From NCBI GenBank assembly GCA_964016885.1, contig OZ024750.1, positions 14,384,001-14,448,000 on the forward strand: DNA of 64,000 nucleotides, read 5' to 3'. Each line of letters begins with the position of its first letter. The stretch's first letter is position 1. This document shows positions 1 through 12,962 of the stretch, in pieces. The notes below the pieces were generated by a model that ran no database searches, was not told the DNA's origin, and saw only the letters and a list, made by a program, of their open reading frames with translations. This DNA is from Eledone cirrhosa (Eukaryota). The position numbers and the translations under genes are program-made.

Positions 1-2369
1 GTTTATGTAGAGTACATTTATAGTAGAAACTATGGCGTTGATATAAGCAACTACGATTGACATAAGCTTTCTTCTATGGATGGAACCAATAGCCTTTTTG
101 CTGTCTCTATCAATGGAGTCAAAAACCTTTTTGGCAAGGCATCGCACCCGCTCAGCAAACCCCCATCAGAGATACGATGAAAAGGAATCAACCTTCATAA
201 ACCTGTCTATTTCCTGTGGGTATACAGTAGTTCAAGCTGGCAGACAACTAACTGTTGTATTGGCACGAGGGACATTGTGTTGATGATCATGTTTTGACAA
301 AGGCACACACGCTCTATTTAGCAGAGAACTACAGGTTTACAGGAAGAGTTATGCCCCCTGTTCAAATTAGAGCAAGAAAAACAAACCACGACTGGTATGA
401 ATGTATTGTTATTAGAGTGGAACGGTCCTTAATATCTATTCATCATCACCGTTTTACGTCCATTCTTCCACGCTAACATGGGTTAGGAAAGGCTAGAATG
501 CTTCTGGGACACATGAATAAGGTTGTTTAAGATCTTCCCAGTGTGGTTTGACTTCCTGTTTATGTAGTTATCTTGTTAGGCTTGCAGAAAAGCTAGTACT
601 GGGAATAAGATAGAAAATGTTCTTGATGTCACACATGACCTAATTTGAAGTTAGTTTCTACAGTTATAGTTAATCCATAATACTTAAAGAATTTACTAGA
701 GGGCTTTCTCATATGAATGGTTAGGCTAGGATTGTAGTTTCTATACATGAAGAGGCCATCCTTGTATAATCAAATATCCAGGATCATCATCATCATCATC
801 TTTTATGTCAGCTTTCCATGCTAGCATGAGTTGGATGTGTCATTACGGTCTGAGACTAGACTGATAAGAGAACCACATCTAGATCATATATTCTATAGTC
901 AGTAAGGATTCGACAGATAGATGCCCTTAATACCAATACCTCTTGGGAGTGTACAGGAGTCATGACCTGGATGTGACATCCCCTTTAAAGGGCTGAAACA
1001 CTTGATTGAGTGGGGTTTCTTTCCTAAAGACATTCTGCTGTCCAGCTCTCCTGAGAGGTTCTTACCACCAAAGCACAAAATTGACCTTTAACTGTTGGAC
1101 TTCACCTAAATATAAAATTACTTGGCAATATTTTCAAGTGTTCTGCCTCTTTGACAGACATCTGGTTCACAGTCTCTTATTTTTTTTTTTTCATTACAAC
1201 ATACATTAGTAATCCAATAATAAATATATATCATATATAACTACAAACCAATAAATACCCAACACTCTACTTTCACTATGATGAGTTATTTAGTTTGTCA
1301 CTACCATTCATCCTCATGAACAAGCATATCATAACAGACACACGCGCGCCTGTGTTTGTTTGTGTCTAGAGGCATAACTATGGAAAATAGCACCCATGGC
1401 AAGCACCGGAATTGTGCCTCTGCCCAAACATCTAATTATACGAGAAGTATCTGTGTAATACTGATCTTTAACAAAAAATATTAGACCCTATTAAATATTT
1501 GACAAGTCATACTATGAGGTACGGTTATGTGGTCATGTAGTTCCCAGCAATGTATTTTTACCCAAGGGCCAAATAATTTATATAGATGGTTGATGATCCA
1601 GCCACCATAGTGCTTCTCACCCCTGATAGTCGGAGACAGATCATACATCTGAAGAAGTTTCCTTTTTCACTCTCCTTATTTGATTTAATAGAACGTGCTC
1701 CTAATCCAAGTAGCACCCCACAAGCAGTGCCCATGGTATATGCCATGCTTGCCATATCCCAGTTACACCTGTGTTTGTGTGTATTTATTATACATTTATG
1801 AGAAATTCTCAAGCTAGTTTGAGTCGTAAATTAAAAACAAACATGTTTCTGTAAATATAGAATTTGGTTTAATTTGATGGGGAAACATTAAAAATCAAGG
1901 CCAATACGTAAATGATTCTGAAGAATTTTAATGATTCTTTTAAAAGTTCATTTTATTTTGAAATATTCTTTGGTTTCTTTTTTTCTTATAAACTTTCATC
2001 ATAAATCTTGTTTTTTTTGTGGGAAACAGAAGAGCTTTGTTTATAACAGTCCATCTAGGCTTTAACACGTAATAGTTACAACAACCACAAGTAATGTTAA
2101 AGCTAAAGATTATATAACATTTAAATTACAGTTAAATAACAGAATTTTGAAAAATAATCTCTGAATTAAAATGTGTTGATTTTATGAAGCCTTACTAGAG
2201 AAGCTTTTAAAGGTCTCTCCATTCAAATTGTAAAATAGAAGAAGGTGAAGAGTGTAATGTCAATATAGTGAAAGATCAATATTGTTATTTTTGGTGTGAT
2301 GAACTTTCAAGCTCCTTTCAGGATTAGTAGTTGATAGAAAGAGCAGTTAATCATGTGAAAGGAATTGTC

Positions 2370-2440
2370 TCAAGAGTAACCTAGACGTGCTAATGCCATC
2401 TTCTTTCTTAAATTTAACACTTCAAGAAATACGGATTTAT
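2370..2440 (-). CDS. RAB3IP: Rab3A-interacting protein/Rabin8, terminal coding exon
   Basis: cag acceptor at 2441-2443; (D)KSVFLEVLNLRKKMALARLGYS* resembles the Rabin8 C-terminus; phase 1 matches the previous exon; TGA at 2370-2372. Confidence 0.9.
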
Positions 2441-2544
2441 CTGAAACAGAAAAATTAATTTTCTAGTTTAGAAAATAAAATACTTTTTTAAAACCATCAA
2501 TATATTTCAACACCGATCAAAAACAATGATTAGGTATAATTTAA

Positions 2545-2755
2545 CCCTTTAGCATTTACATTACTCTATATTTACTATTGTATTTTTATGGTAAAGGTTT
2601 TACCTTACATAATTATCTCACTTAATCTATGAGATATTGATATATATTTTGAGAACAATATCTTAACATCAGTATGAGTGACCAGTTATGGCCGGTTTGA
2701 ACAGAAAGAGGTGAGAGAATTCTGGCCGGATATGGCTGGTTTAAATGCTTAAGGG
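2545..2755. mobile_element. piggyBac-type MITE
   Basis: TTAA|CCCTTTAGCATTTA...TAAATGCTTAAGGG|TTAA: TTAA TSD with CCCT/AGGG termini. Confidence 0.85.
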
Positions 2756-3074
2756 TTAAAACAACAATTAGATTTTCAGCAAATATTAAAACATTAAATG
2801 TATAGAATGAAGATCAGCTAATTTGAATAAGTTCATGATTAAAAAAGCTTAAGATTAGTCTAAATATTCAAATATCTTTAATTTTATGCAGTCAAAACAC
2901 AAAATGGACAAATTTGGTGTTTTGATATATGCCCCTTTTTAAAATTCCTTTTTATCTATTTTCTAAGGATTTTTACACAAAACATGACCCCTTCAATGTT
3001 TACTAATATACTTCTTCAGCCCCTCTACAATAAGTATTGATTCATGGAAAAGAGATTTAAGTAAATGAACTCAC

Positions 3075-3141
3075 CTTCACCTTTAACTAAACCTTGCTGA
3101 ATGTAACGAATATATGTGTAAAAGTTGCATACTGATGTAAT
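3075..3141 (-). CDS. RAB3IP: Rabin8 exon
   Basis: [22 protein letters not shown], near-identical to the recalled Rabin8 motif [20 protein letters not shown]; cag acceptor and gtgagt donor. Confidence 0.95.
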
Positions 3142-3307
3142 CTGAAATGAAATGACGAAAAGAAATTGAGCAAATTGAGAAAGAAAAAGAAAAATGTTTT
3201 GTAACAAATATATATCACTAACAATAATGATTTTGAATTTTACAAGACAGTAGTAATATAAATAAGTCTCTGTGGTGAGTATCTTGTTAAGTAGTGATAT
3301 AAGTAGA

Positions 3308-3800
3308 ATCATCATCATCATTTAACGTCCATTTTCCACGCTTGCATGGGTTAGACAGGTTGTCAGATTATAAGACAAGTCAGGTCCAGAGCCCACATCA
3401 TGCTCATAGGATCTGTATTTTGGCTTGGTTTCCACAACTGGATGCTCTTCCTAATGCCAACCACATAATTCCAAACAGTGTACCAACTCCAGTGTAGACT
3501 GAAGGTGCACAAGAGATGTAGCCACATCACAAGCTGGCTAATAGAGAAAAGAAATGTGCATGACAGATACACAAGAGCAGTTAGTAGCAAGAGCATCAGT
3601 GAAATAAAATTTTTCAATCCAAAGAAAGCCCCATAAAAGTAGTTGATATCTTCTATTACGTAGGTGACCTAATTAGCAGTGGAGAAGAGTGCTTTGAAAG
3701 CATAGTATCCAGTCTTAATAATATCGCTGTTTAATTCTTTAAACTGAGAAAAATGGATGGTTGCTTGCTGGAAACAGGATAAAAACATTCAAGAGAAAAA
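3308..3800. mobile_element. RTE relics (minus-strand 3' tail plus degraded plus-strand RT fragment)
   Basis: catcatcat...gcttgcatgggttagac tail and VVDIFYYVGDLISSG. Similar degraded RT pieces at about 6650-7100, 18290-18480, 47280-47560, 51290-51420 and 55450-55600. Confidence 0.65.
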
Positions 3801-3845
3801 TATCTATCTTATTATATAAACAGAATTGAAACAGGTCATACTTAC

Positions 3846-3945
3846 TCGGTTTCGACAAAATTCTGAGATTGAGTACCAAGAACAATCTTCTCCTAAATGT
3901 ATCTTGTAGTTACATAGTTTGTTAGATTGAGACAAAGAGCACCAT
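3846..3945 (-). CDS. RAB3IP: Rabin8 exon
   Basis: (R)WCSLSQSNKLCNYKIHLGEDCSWYSISEFCRNR; cag/gtaag sites; phases consistent. Confidence 0.92.
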
Positions 3946-4289
3946 CTGTTTAAAAAAAAACAAGTATTTTGTTGATATATTGCTTGCTTATCTCATCCTG
4001 TCTAGCCACCTCTGATCATGTTCATGCATTTCTTGTGATTTAACCCTTTCATAACTGTATTTCTGATGAAAATCACTGCATATAATTTTCAAAAAAATTC
4101 TAAATTTTAGCAGGATTTAGTAACATAATTGACTTCTTTATTATTCCTCTGGTATTTGGAACATAGCCTAACAAAGGTTCTTACATAAAAATTATCATGC
4201 AAGGTTTTTATATAAAAATATATGCATTTTAAAATAAATTTTCTATCATAGAACCAGGGGCTAAAATATTAAAATATTATAATTCTTAC

Positions 4290-4369
4290 CGTGGGTAGGA
4301 ACTGTCACTGGCTATTGGTTCAATGGTTAAAGTATTATTGTTTACACACTCTTTGACTCTTTCTGACAA
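4290..4369 (-). CDS. RAB3IP: Rabin8 exon
   Basis: LSERVKECVNNNTLTIEPIASDSSYP(R), containing the NTLxIEP motif; cag/gtaag sites. Confidence 0.92.
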
Positions 4370-4936
4370 CTGTAAAGATTCAAACAATAAATGCAAAATA
4401 ATTCAAGGATTAAAACTTAATTTCAAATCAAGTGTTTTAATAAGAGCTGCAAAGACAGACATTTGTCTTCTCAAGAAGGCCTGTGTAGTGCACTCTACAT
4501 ATGAGTGGAGTTACACTGAAGCAGATGGAGAAGTTCAAGTATCTCTGAGCCATGTTCACGAGTGATGGAAGGCAGGAGGGTGAATTATGTGCAAGAATTG
4601 CAAGTGCTGGTGTAGTAATGCATAAGCTTCAGCAATTCTCACAAGCCTTCTCAAGTAAAGCTGAGCAAAGCAGCTCAAAAACAGCAATATTTAAAAGGTT
4701 ACAATAAAATTCTCGATAGATACTTTGTTTGTGGAATCAGGTACTTTTTGAAATAAGAAATAGAAAGTGTGTATGATAATAATAATAATGTTTAGGATAA
4801 CTTAGTCTTCCAATATATTCAAGAAACTCCCTTCATCCCTTCATTTAAAGCTTTAAATGGAACTCTCCTCGTTATACTTTTGCAAATCAAATTAGAAATG
4901 GAGTTAATAAATGATTTAATTCTATATTATTCTCAC

Positions 4937-5068
4937 ATTTGTATTGGAAAAATTCAAGCATGGACTTATATCTTCTAGAAAAACTCTGGACAAAAAGGAA
5001 GAAGGTTGTTCAGCCTGTTGTGATTGTTCTCGCCACCGACAAAACTCTTCAAAACAGGCAGGGTCAAT
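4937..5068 (-). CDS. RAB3IP: Rabin8 exon
   Basis: IDPACFEEFCRWREQ...FLSRVFLEDISPCLNFSNTN, containing the EDIxPCLxF motif; cag/gtgag sites; 132 nt, phase 0. Confidence 0.92.
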
Positions 5069-5379
5069 CTGAGGAAATACAAAATTAGATAGTTCATATA
5101 AGATTTCTTAATTAAATTTATACATATATAAATAATATAAGTAATATAGGAAAGATGCAGCTTCTTGTTAGTTACAAATAAACAATGTTTCCATTGCTGA
5201 TACTACCTAGCAGTCACAAATACATTTATATATTCATAACATACTTTCATTCAATTATCATAGAATTATCTTGCATTGTAATTTATTGACATAAATTCCT
5301 ATGAATAAACTTTCTAGTTATGACAAAAATCTTCTAACCATACTTTCTCCCATGTTATGCAATTCACAACAAATATTAT

Positions 5380-5582
5380 ATAACACAACAGCACTCTCAG
5401 GAATATATTGAAACACATATTACAATATTGTATAACATAACAGCACTCTATATTATATTTGGAACATATCTAAACACATATTACAATATATAACAGCACT
5501 ATATTATATTTGGAACATATCTAAACACATATTACAATATTATATAATGTAACAGCACTCTTCGGAACATATCTAAACAAAT
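5380..5582. repeat. ~55-bp degenerate tandem repeat x4
   Basis: aacagcactc...ggaacatatctaaacacatattacaatat, located just inside the intron after the donor at 5607. Confidence 0.8.
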
Positions 5583-5607
5583 AATAGAAAAACATAAAAC
5601 AGCTAAC

Positions 5608-5835
5608 CTGAGTACTGTGACCATTTTCTCCTTCATCAGCATCTTCCCGTGTTTCCTTTGTAAACTCATGGTGGCTCGTTGAACGACGATGTGTTTTCCA
5701 AAAAGGTCGACTGCTTTCTTTTTTCTTGTTACTACTTGTATCAATCTGTGGATGCAGATGTTTGTTAGGGGTGCTTGGTGTTGATGTGAGGACCAAAGTC
5801 TTCAAAGCAGTCACTTCAGCCTGAAGGATTTCAAT
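5608..5835 (-). CDS. RAB3IP: Rabin8 exon (end of Sec2 coiled coil)
   Basis: [30 protein letters not shown]...[10 protein letters not shown]; tag acceptor and gttag donor; 228 nt. Confidence 0.95.
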
Positions 5836-7836
5836 CTACCAAAGAAATTAAATGAATCAATTGAGAATTGTTAAACTACGATTATAACAGGAGTCTATAT
5901 TAAAAAAAGGTAATTTATGTACTCCATAATTGTAAAACTAATTTTAAAATACTTATTTATTGTAAATGCTTTACTAAATGCACAGTGCATTCTATACAGT
6001 GTGTGGACATGTGTAAGTGAGATGGTATTCCGATCCATCAGAGAGATCAGTGGCTTTGATTAAGTACTGATTTAGTCTGTGATGACCTGTCTAACCTTTG
6101 CTAGCAGGTAAAAATGGACCCTAAATGATGATCTATCACAATTTATTACAATGTTTATGCTATACAGCAAGGTAACAGTACCTCACCAGCCCAACCAATT
6201 ATTTGACTAGCATAGTTGGTTACCCACAGGTGCAAGCCCCATAAGATGGAGTGGCTGTTCCAGTGTGTCTTCTTCACTGTCCTTTGGGGCAAAATCTTAT
6301 CCATCCTGTTGGCCGGGACCACAAGGTGGATGGCATATTAGGGCAGGAGTAAGGTGGCAGTCTTCAGACGAAATGCTCACACACACACACAACTATATAT
6401 AGTTCAAGATTATTACAATTGAATTTTAAATATTTTAAAGTTTTGCCATTGCAAATCAGTAAACCCAAACTGTAGAATGAAGAAATAGGAGAGAGTAAAA
6501 ACACCTAAGTGGAATCAACAGAGGTTATCACAAGCAGAGTTAGTAAAGCAATAAAAAAAAAAAAAAAGCCTCTACATCTGGGAAACAGCTATGCTTAAAA
6601 CAAATGAAGGGAGCTTGTAAGAATATTCTACACAGTGCAAGCAATAGGATTTATGGCAGACCGACTAAAATTTCAGAGGTGTTTAGTAAAAAAGCCACTC
6701 ATATGAAATGACGTCAATAGACTGCTCAGATAGCTCACTAGAAGTAGTGCATAGTTTCTCATATTGAGGTGACATCATTTGTACAGGAGGTAATTGTAGA
6801 AAACAAAATAGTTGCTAGAATAAAAAAGAGGGAGAATATTCAAAGAGCTATTAACTTTTGACAACAATAAGTTTATCTCCCAATACAAATCATATAAAAT
6901 TAATGCTGAGTCATGAATAACCAAATACCGAACACTTGTGAAGGCTAGAGAAAAATTAGGTGAATATAATCCATATGTGATGTTAACTTACATGAAAGAA
7001 AATGTACATATGACACAAAAGTAACTAGGCATTAAATATGCTAACCAATGTATGCATGATAGCCAGGCAGAGATACAGACAGATGTACTGGTGTTCACAT
7101 GTATTAACATCAACTAAGTTTTGACATACATTATCTGGACAATTTATGTAACTTTAAAACATTAGATTTGATAAAATTTCATAGGCTGACTATGAAGGAG
7201 TGGAGCTGTGAAATCTTGTATGCAATAATTTTAACTCTTCTTATTAATAAATGCATTGTTTCTTTCTAGGGACTATGTTGAAAAATGATCATGTCTTGCT
7301 CATATAGAACTGTTTTGGTTTGGTTTCTACGGTTGGATGCCCTTCCTAATACAAACCACTTTACAGGGTGGCCTGAGTGCTTTTTCTAGTGTCACCAGCA
7401 TAACCAATTTACAGTGCGGACAGGGTGGTTTTTATCATGTCACCAAAACAACTACTTTACAGTGTAGACTGGGCACTTTTTGTTGTGACACCAACTTGAC
7501 AATTTTACAATGCGGACTGGGTGCTTTTTGTTGTGACACCAACATGACAAACTGACAGGTTGGATTGGGTGCTTTTTGTCATGTCACACTTTGTTAATGC
7601 TGAATCTCCCTGAGAATTCTGCTAAAGGTACATGTCTCTATGGAATATTTAGCTACTTACATGAGAAGGTCATTCCACTGATTAAATAACACATTGTTGA
7701 AACCAGTGGAGGTCCATTTATCTATTTCTTTCTTTATAGCATGCCATTACACTTTCTACGAAAAGTAGCTTCACATATATAGCTTAAAATGTACTTTGGT
7801 GACATGCAAAATATAAAAATGATTTTAAATTATTAC

Positions 7837-7914
7837 CTTTTGATTGGCTTCATTTAGAAGTTTCTCTGTATGAGAACGACGAGCATTTGCTTCTTGAACC
7901 ATATTGTTTGCTTC
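7837..7914 (-). CDS. RAB3IP: Rabin8 exon (Sec2 domain)
   Basis: EANNMVQEANARRSHTEKLLNEANQK; tag/gtaat sites; 78 nt. Confidence 0.95.
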
Positions 7915-8119
7915 CTACAATATAGAGTGAACATAGATTTACTACCATTAATAAATTTGTATGTATGTGTAGTCCCTAACTCCTGTTGGAGTCATAGGGG
8001 CACTGTGGTGACACAGCGTTTCTTGGAGATTCCAAGCCTGGTGGAGCCAATATCTTCTCTGGGTCTGAATACAGCAGATTTCTTCCAGAAAAGGCCAGAA
8101 AGTGAGAGAGAGAGTGAAT

Positions 8120-8270
8120 CGACCCCAGTACTCAACTGGTACATTTTTGAAATCAATCTTGAATGGATGAAAAGCAAAGTTGACCTCAGTGGTGTTTGAA
8201 CTCAGAGAAAAGAAAGTCAGAATGAATACTGCAAAGCATTCTAGCCAACGTTTTAAGGACTGCCAATTTG
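8120..8270 (-). mobile_element. Older SINE copy (45478 family)
   Basis: ggatgaaaagcaaagttgacctcagtggtgtttgaactcag; similar copies at about 24826-24980, 51037-51150 and 53725-53855. Confidence 0.7.
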
Positions 8271-8697
8271 ATGCCTCTATTAATACATTTAAGAAGGTTT
8301 AATTTCTCTCACATAATGATGATACATATTCAACAACAAGCATTTTATGGCTGCCTTCTCTGCTAAAGTAAGAGTTAGCCATGCAGGTCCCATGACAAAC
8401 TTCTCTGCTTTCCCCCCCTCATTTACATCATCCCTCACCAACCTAAAATTCTTTCTTCCTCTTCATTCCTCATGCCATATCCATAACTCCTCAAAATTAT
8501 CCATACAAATCCCCTTTTATCACGATAAATTCTGTCTTTCATGTTTATAATCATCATCTCTATTACACATCAAAACTTAGTCTTTCTCCTCACCATTCTG
8601 ACCTACTTGTGGGACATATCCTGAGACTATGTTCACCAGTTTTACCTTCATCAAGTAACGGGAAAAGAATTACATCAAGTAACGGGAAAAGAATTAC

Positions 8698-8793
8698 CTC
8701 AAATAAACAAGCTGTCAGCTCCTCCAATTCCTCTCCCATTTGGTCCCGTACTTTAGACAGCTTTTCACATTCTTCATCTTTTAGCTCCAACTC
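8698..8793 (-). CDS. RAB3IP: Rabin8 exon (Sec2 GEF domain)
   Basis: [32 protein letters not shown], containing the Sec2 signature ELEELTAxLFEEA across the junction; tag/gtaat sites. Confidence 0.97.
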
Positions 8794-9216
8794 CTAAAAT
8801 GATTAAAAATAAATTAAATTAAATTAAATGATTAAATAACAGAAACCCTCACAAAAACAATTAGAATTTATACATTAACTGGTTACTGGAATTATTTTTT
8901 TTTTAATGATTTGATTTTATTCATATGAGACCAGACATACAAACTTATAAATAACACAAAACTGAGACTTGTAGAAAACATTGTGATAGTGTTAAGCTCT
9001 AGAAAAACCATAGCATAATTAAGGATACTTTATGTTGGACTATAATATTTCAAATCCATCCATCTGCCATAGCAGACATTCAGGATGTAATAGAAAAGGA
9101 TATTGATACCACAAAAAGTTTCAAGATGAACGACAAGTTTAGAATAAAAAATCTAAAGTTTCAATTACAACCCTATTTGAATAAGATTTATGGCTACTCA
9201 GTTGTTTCACTACTTA

Positions 9217-9420
9217 CGAGAGTGGGCTTAAAAGTTCATAGGCTGACTATGTAGGAGTGATGCTAGAGTGGTGAAATCTTGCATATATTAATTTCAACTC
9301 TTCTTAAAAACTGTATTAACAGTATTGTTTCTTTCCAGGGACTATGTTGAAAAATAAACCTCATTTGGTCATTCCACGAGAGTATCTTGGTCAGCCTATG
9401 AACCTTTCAGCCAACCCTTG
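9217..9420. mobile_element. Mariner-type MITE
   Basis: TA|cgagagtgggcttaaaagttcataggctgac ... gtcagcctatgaacctttcagccaacccttg|TA, imperfect ~31-bp TIRs; partial copy at about 7175-7290. Confidence 0.8.
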
Positions 9421-9506
9421 TAAAGTAAAATCCTAACCGCAACAAAAGACTGAACAGAATAGTTATCTTCTTGATATAATAAATATATTTTTGTCCTAAT
9501 ACTCAC

Positions 9507-9681
9507 TTTTTGTGCCTTCCTCAATTCTTCTTGAAGGCGCCCAGTAGCTAATTCTTTCACCTCAGCTACTGAGGCACTTCGGCGACGCCGATCTCTAGAA
9601 AAGCTCTCTGAATGTGCATGGCGTAACTGACACTTTTTGCTGTGTAATTCTAATAATTCTAAACCAACCTTATCAGAGTCC
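9507..9681 (-). CDS. RAB3IP: Rabin8 exon
   Basis: (E)DSDKVGLELLE...RRRRSASVAEVKELATGRLQEELRKAQK; cag/gtgagt sites; phase 2 in, phase 0 out. Confidence 0.9.
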
Positions 9682-9884
9682 CTGAAAAATGAAAAGGACA
9701 GAAATGTAATTTGTAAATTTAAAGTTGAGGCAGTGTATAGTAAACAGATTCACTGAATAATGTAATGTTAACATTTTGCTATACCCCCACTCCCTGCTGT
9801 ACTACAGGCATCCCACTAAATTTATTTATGTGTGGTTAGATCTCTATTGAAAGATATAACTCTAACAATCTAGTAAAGTATTCT

Positions 9885-10170
9885 AAAGTCTGTCCTAAGC
9901 CAGAATGATTGATAGGCTGGTGTTTATCCAGGTTTCATGGTGTGAAGCAACTGAGAGTACAAGACTCCCCCACCCCCTCTGGACAGGATGCCAGTCCATT
10001 ACATGGTTTAACCCCCAGCTATTGCTAGTACTCATTTTCAGCTGAGTATACTGGAGCAACATGAAACAAAAGTGTTTGTCCAATAGCAATAGACTCACTC
10101 CATTACAGTGACTATCTTGAGAATCTCACATTCTAACAATTATGAAAATGATATTCTTATCCTACACACC
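9885..10170 (-). mobile_element. Degraded SINE, same family as 52356-52647
   Basis: Shared ctggacaggatgccagtccat...ttttcagctgagtat blocks. Confidence 0.75.
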
Positions 10171-10213
10171 TGATGGTTATTTATAAGGCCCACAAATAAA
10201 CACTACTCTCATA

Positions 10214-10419
10214 CCTTTTAGCATTTACATTACTCTATATTTACTATTGCATTTTCGCAGTAAACACTTTATCTCACATAACATCATATCTTTGAGATTT
10301 TGATATTTATTTTCAGAACAATACCTTAACTTAAGTAAGAGTAGCAAATTATGGTTGGTTTGAACAGAAAGAGGTGAGAGAATTTCTGGGCTGATACGAC
10401 CGGTTTAAATGCTAAAGGG
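10214..10419. mobile_element. piggyBac-type MITE, same family
   Basis: Homologous to 2545-2755; right end AGGG|TTAA. Confidence 0.8.
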
Positions 10420-11055
10420 TTAAATGGTGTATCACTTAATTACTGACAACCTAAGATTAAATAAAGAAGAAGGCCTAATTGAAAAGGCATTACTCAGAGA
10501 AATTCAAATCTTAATTCTTTGCAATGTCTTTCATCTACTTTATATATCCTAGTATAACAAACTCAGGCTGTGATTTAGCAGGGTTGTTAGAATGTTAGAT
10601 AGAATGCTTTGAGGTATTCGTCATGGCTCTGCCTCACACATTAGGATATTTATAATGGACTAACAAGCTAAATATAGATACAAAGTAGGTCTTGAGTTCA
10701 TGTCATTGACATAGTGACATGATATTGTATTTGTGAAAGGCATGTAACTCTACATTGATTCAGTTTATTTAGCTGTCAGGAATGATGGCAGGCATTTTAG
10801 ACACAATTGTCTGCATCTAATCCAATGAGTGCCTTTTTTTATTTGTTTTATAATTTAGCCAGGAAACAGGATGTGCTCTTGTTTTTGCAGGCTCTCTAAA
10901 ACTGGTGAGAACAATATAGTTCATGTTCAGCTTCAACATTTATAAATCAAGGGCTGCAGGAAAAATACTGGAAGTATGTGTGGAGGTGGGGGGGGGGGGG
11001 GGGGGGGCAGGTGACACTGGAGAAAAAGTATTGTGACAAGTGATAAAGGTGGAAG

Positions 11056-11099
<44 letters not shown>

Positions 11100-11100
<1 letters not shown>

Positions 11101-11600
11101 GTTTTAAACAGGATTAGGCTGAGGTGGTATATATAGAACTAGCTAGTTGGAAGGAGCAGAAGTGGCAGTAGCAGTGATAGAACAGGTACACACCATGTGT
11201 ATGGGATGAGGGAGGTAGTAGTGTTGGTAAATCTGTCAATCAGTCAGATGGCTACCTTAGGGATGTAATTTAGGATGTTTGTGTATGTAGCAGCAGTACT
11301 GTCCCATATGTAAAGGCAGTACTCCATTGTGGATCTTATTTGTACTTTGTAGAGAGTTGATGAATTAAATATTGTGACCTTGAAAAGAAAAGTTAGTCTT
11401 TAGAACATAGTTTCAGATAACCAAGGAAGATTATCAGAAATTGTAATTGAAATCTTAAAAATTGCTACAAATGCTTGATATCCAAGGACACATTAAAGAA
11501 GTTAAAAATTCTTCATACAATCTCTGAACATATCAACATCTACTTCAACACATTTCAGAGAATGAAAGTAGTTCTAAAGAAATTTTAGTTGCTTAATAAG
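11100..11600 (-). mobile_element. Degenerate Jockey/CR1/L2-type LINE ORF2 fragment
   Basis: Minus strand encodes LYKVQIRSTMEYCLYIWDS, like the LINE motif LYKxxxRxxxEYxxxxW, with stops nearby. Confidence 0.65.
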
Positions 11601-11837
11601 GAGCACAATTGTAAAATCTAATATTACAAAAGTGATCAACACCATCATTGTGACAACACTCAAATATTCCTGACAAAGTCTCTCCACAATTCACGGCCAA
11701 ATTTACAGTCCTCGTCGGAGCAAGGTACGGCATGGCCAATTCTGGCCAGACTTGTCTCCCGACATGGACAACCCGTCTAACCCATGCAAGCATGGAAAAA
11801 ATGGATGTTAAACAATGACGAGGACGATATACATTTG

Positions 11838-11863
11838 TGAACGATATACATTTGTGAACTGTA

Positions 11864-11916
<53 letters not shown>

Positions 11917-12435
11917 TATACAGTTGCGAGTTATATAACACTGTAGTACATATATACAGTTGTGAGATATATAACACTGTAGTATATATATACAGTTGTG
12001 AGATATGTAACACTGTAGTATATATATATACAGTTGTGAGATATACAACACTGTAGTATATATATATATACAGTTGTGAGATATACAACACTGTAGTATA
12101 TATATATATACAGTTGTGAGGTTTATAACACTGTAGTATATATATATATACAGTTGTGAGATATACAACACTAATATATATATATACAGTTGTGAGATAT
12201 ACAACACTGTAGTATATATATATACAGTTGTGAGATATACAACACTGTAGTATATATATATACAGTTGTGAGATATACAACACTGTAGTATATATATATA
12301 CAGTTGTGAGATATATAACACTGTAGTATATATATACGGTTGTGAGATATATAACACTGTAGTATATATATATACAGTTGTGAGATATACAACACTGTAG
12401 TACATATATACAGTTGTGAGATATATAACACTGTA

Positions 12436-12473
<38 letters not shown>

Positions 12474-12756
12474 GTGAGATATACAACACTGTAGTACATA
12501 TACAGTTGTGAGATATACAACACTGTAGTATATATATATACAGTTGTGAGATATATAACACTGTAGTATATATATACAGTTGTGAGATATATAACACTAA
12601 TATATATATACAGTTGTGAGATATATAACACTAATATATATATACAGTTGTGAGATATACAACACTGTAGTATATATATATACAGTTGTGAGATATAACA
12701 ACACTGTAGTATATATATATATACAGTTGTGAGATATACAACACTGTAGTATATAT
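11838..12756. repeat. Minisatellite, ~33-39-bp unit with variable (TA)n
   Basis: cagttgtgagatata(c/t)aacactgtag(ta)n, about 25 copies. Confidence 0.95.
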
Positions 12757-12825
12757 GCCACTGAAAGTTTAGTTTCAAAGCCATAGGCCCAAGCAGTAAC
12801 TTTATAACTATTAAAATATACTTAC

Positions 12826-12962
12826 TCATGTGCGTCATTAGAATGAGACGTCTTTGGGAAGATTTCATTTGTCTCTCCATTACTAGTGGCTTCTCCTTTA
12901 TTTTCTGTGGCTAGCAGCATGTGATTGGAATTGGTACTCAATGGTACAACAGATGGATTTGT
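12826..12962 (-). CDS. RAB3IP: Rabin8 N-terminal region exon
   Basis: Strong polypyrimidine+tag acceptor and gtaagt donor; open frame TNPSVVPLSTNSNHMLLATENKGE...NDAH; ends in phase 2, matching the next exon. An internal ATG could be the start. Confidence 0.75.

Noticed and set aside
1-420. Possible degraded LINE fragment and short ORFs
   Set aside because: Only vague motif similarity; no family could be assigned.
11593-12880. 334-aa and 367-aa ORFs
   Set aside because: These are translations of a stop-poor minisatellite (YIYI/LQCCISHN repeats).
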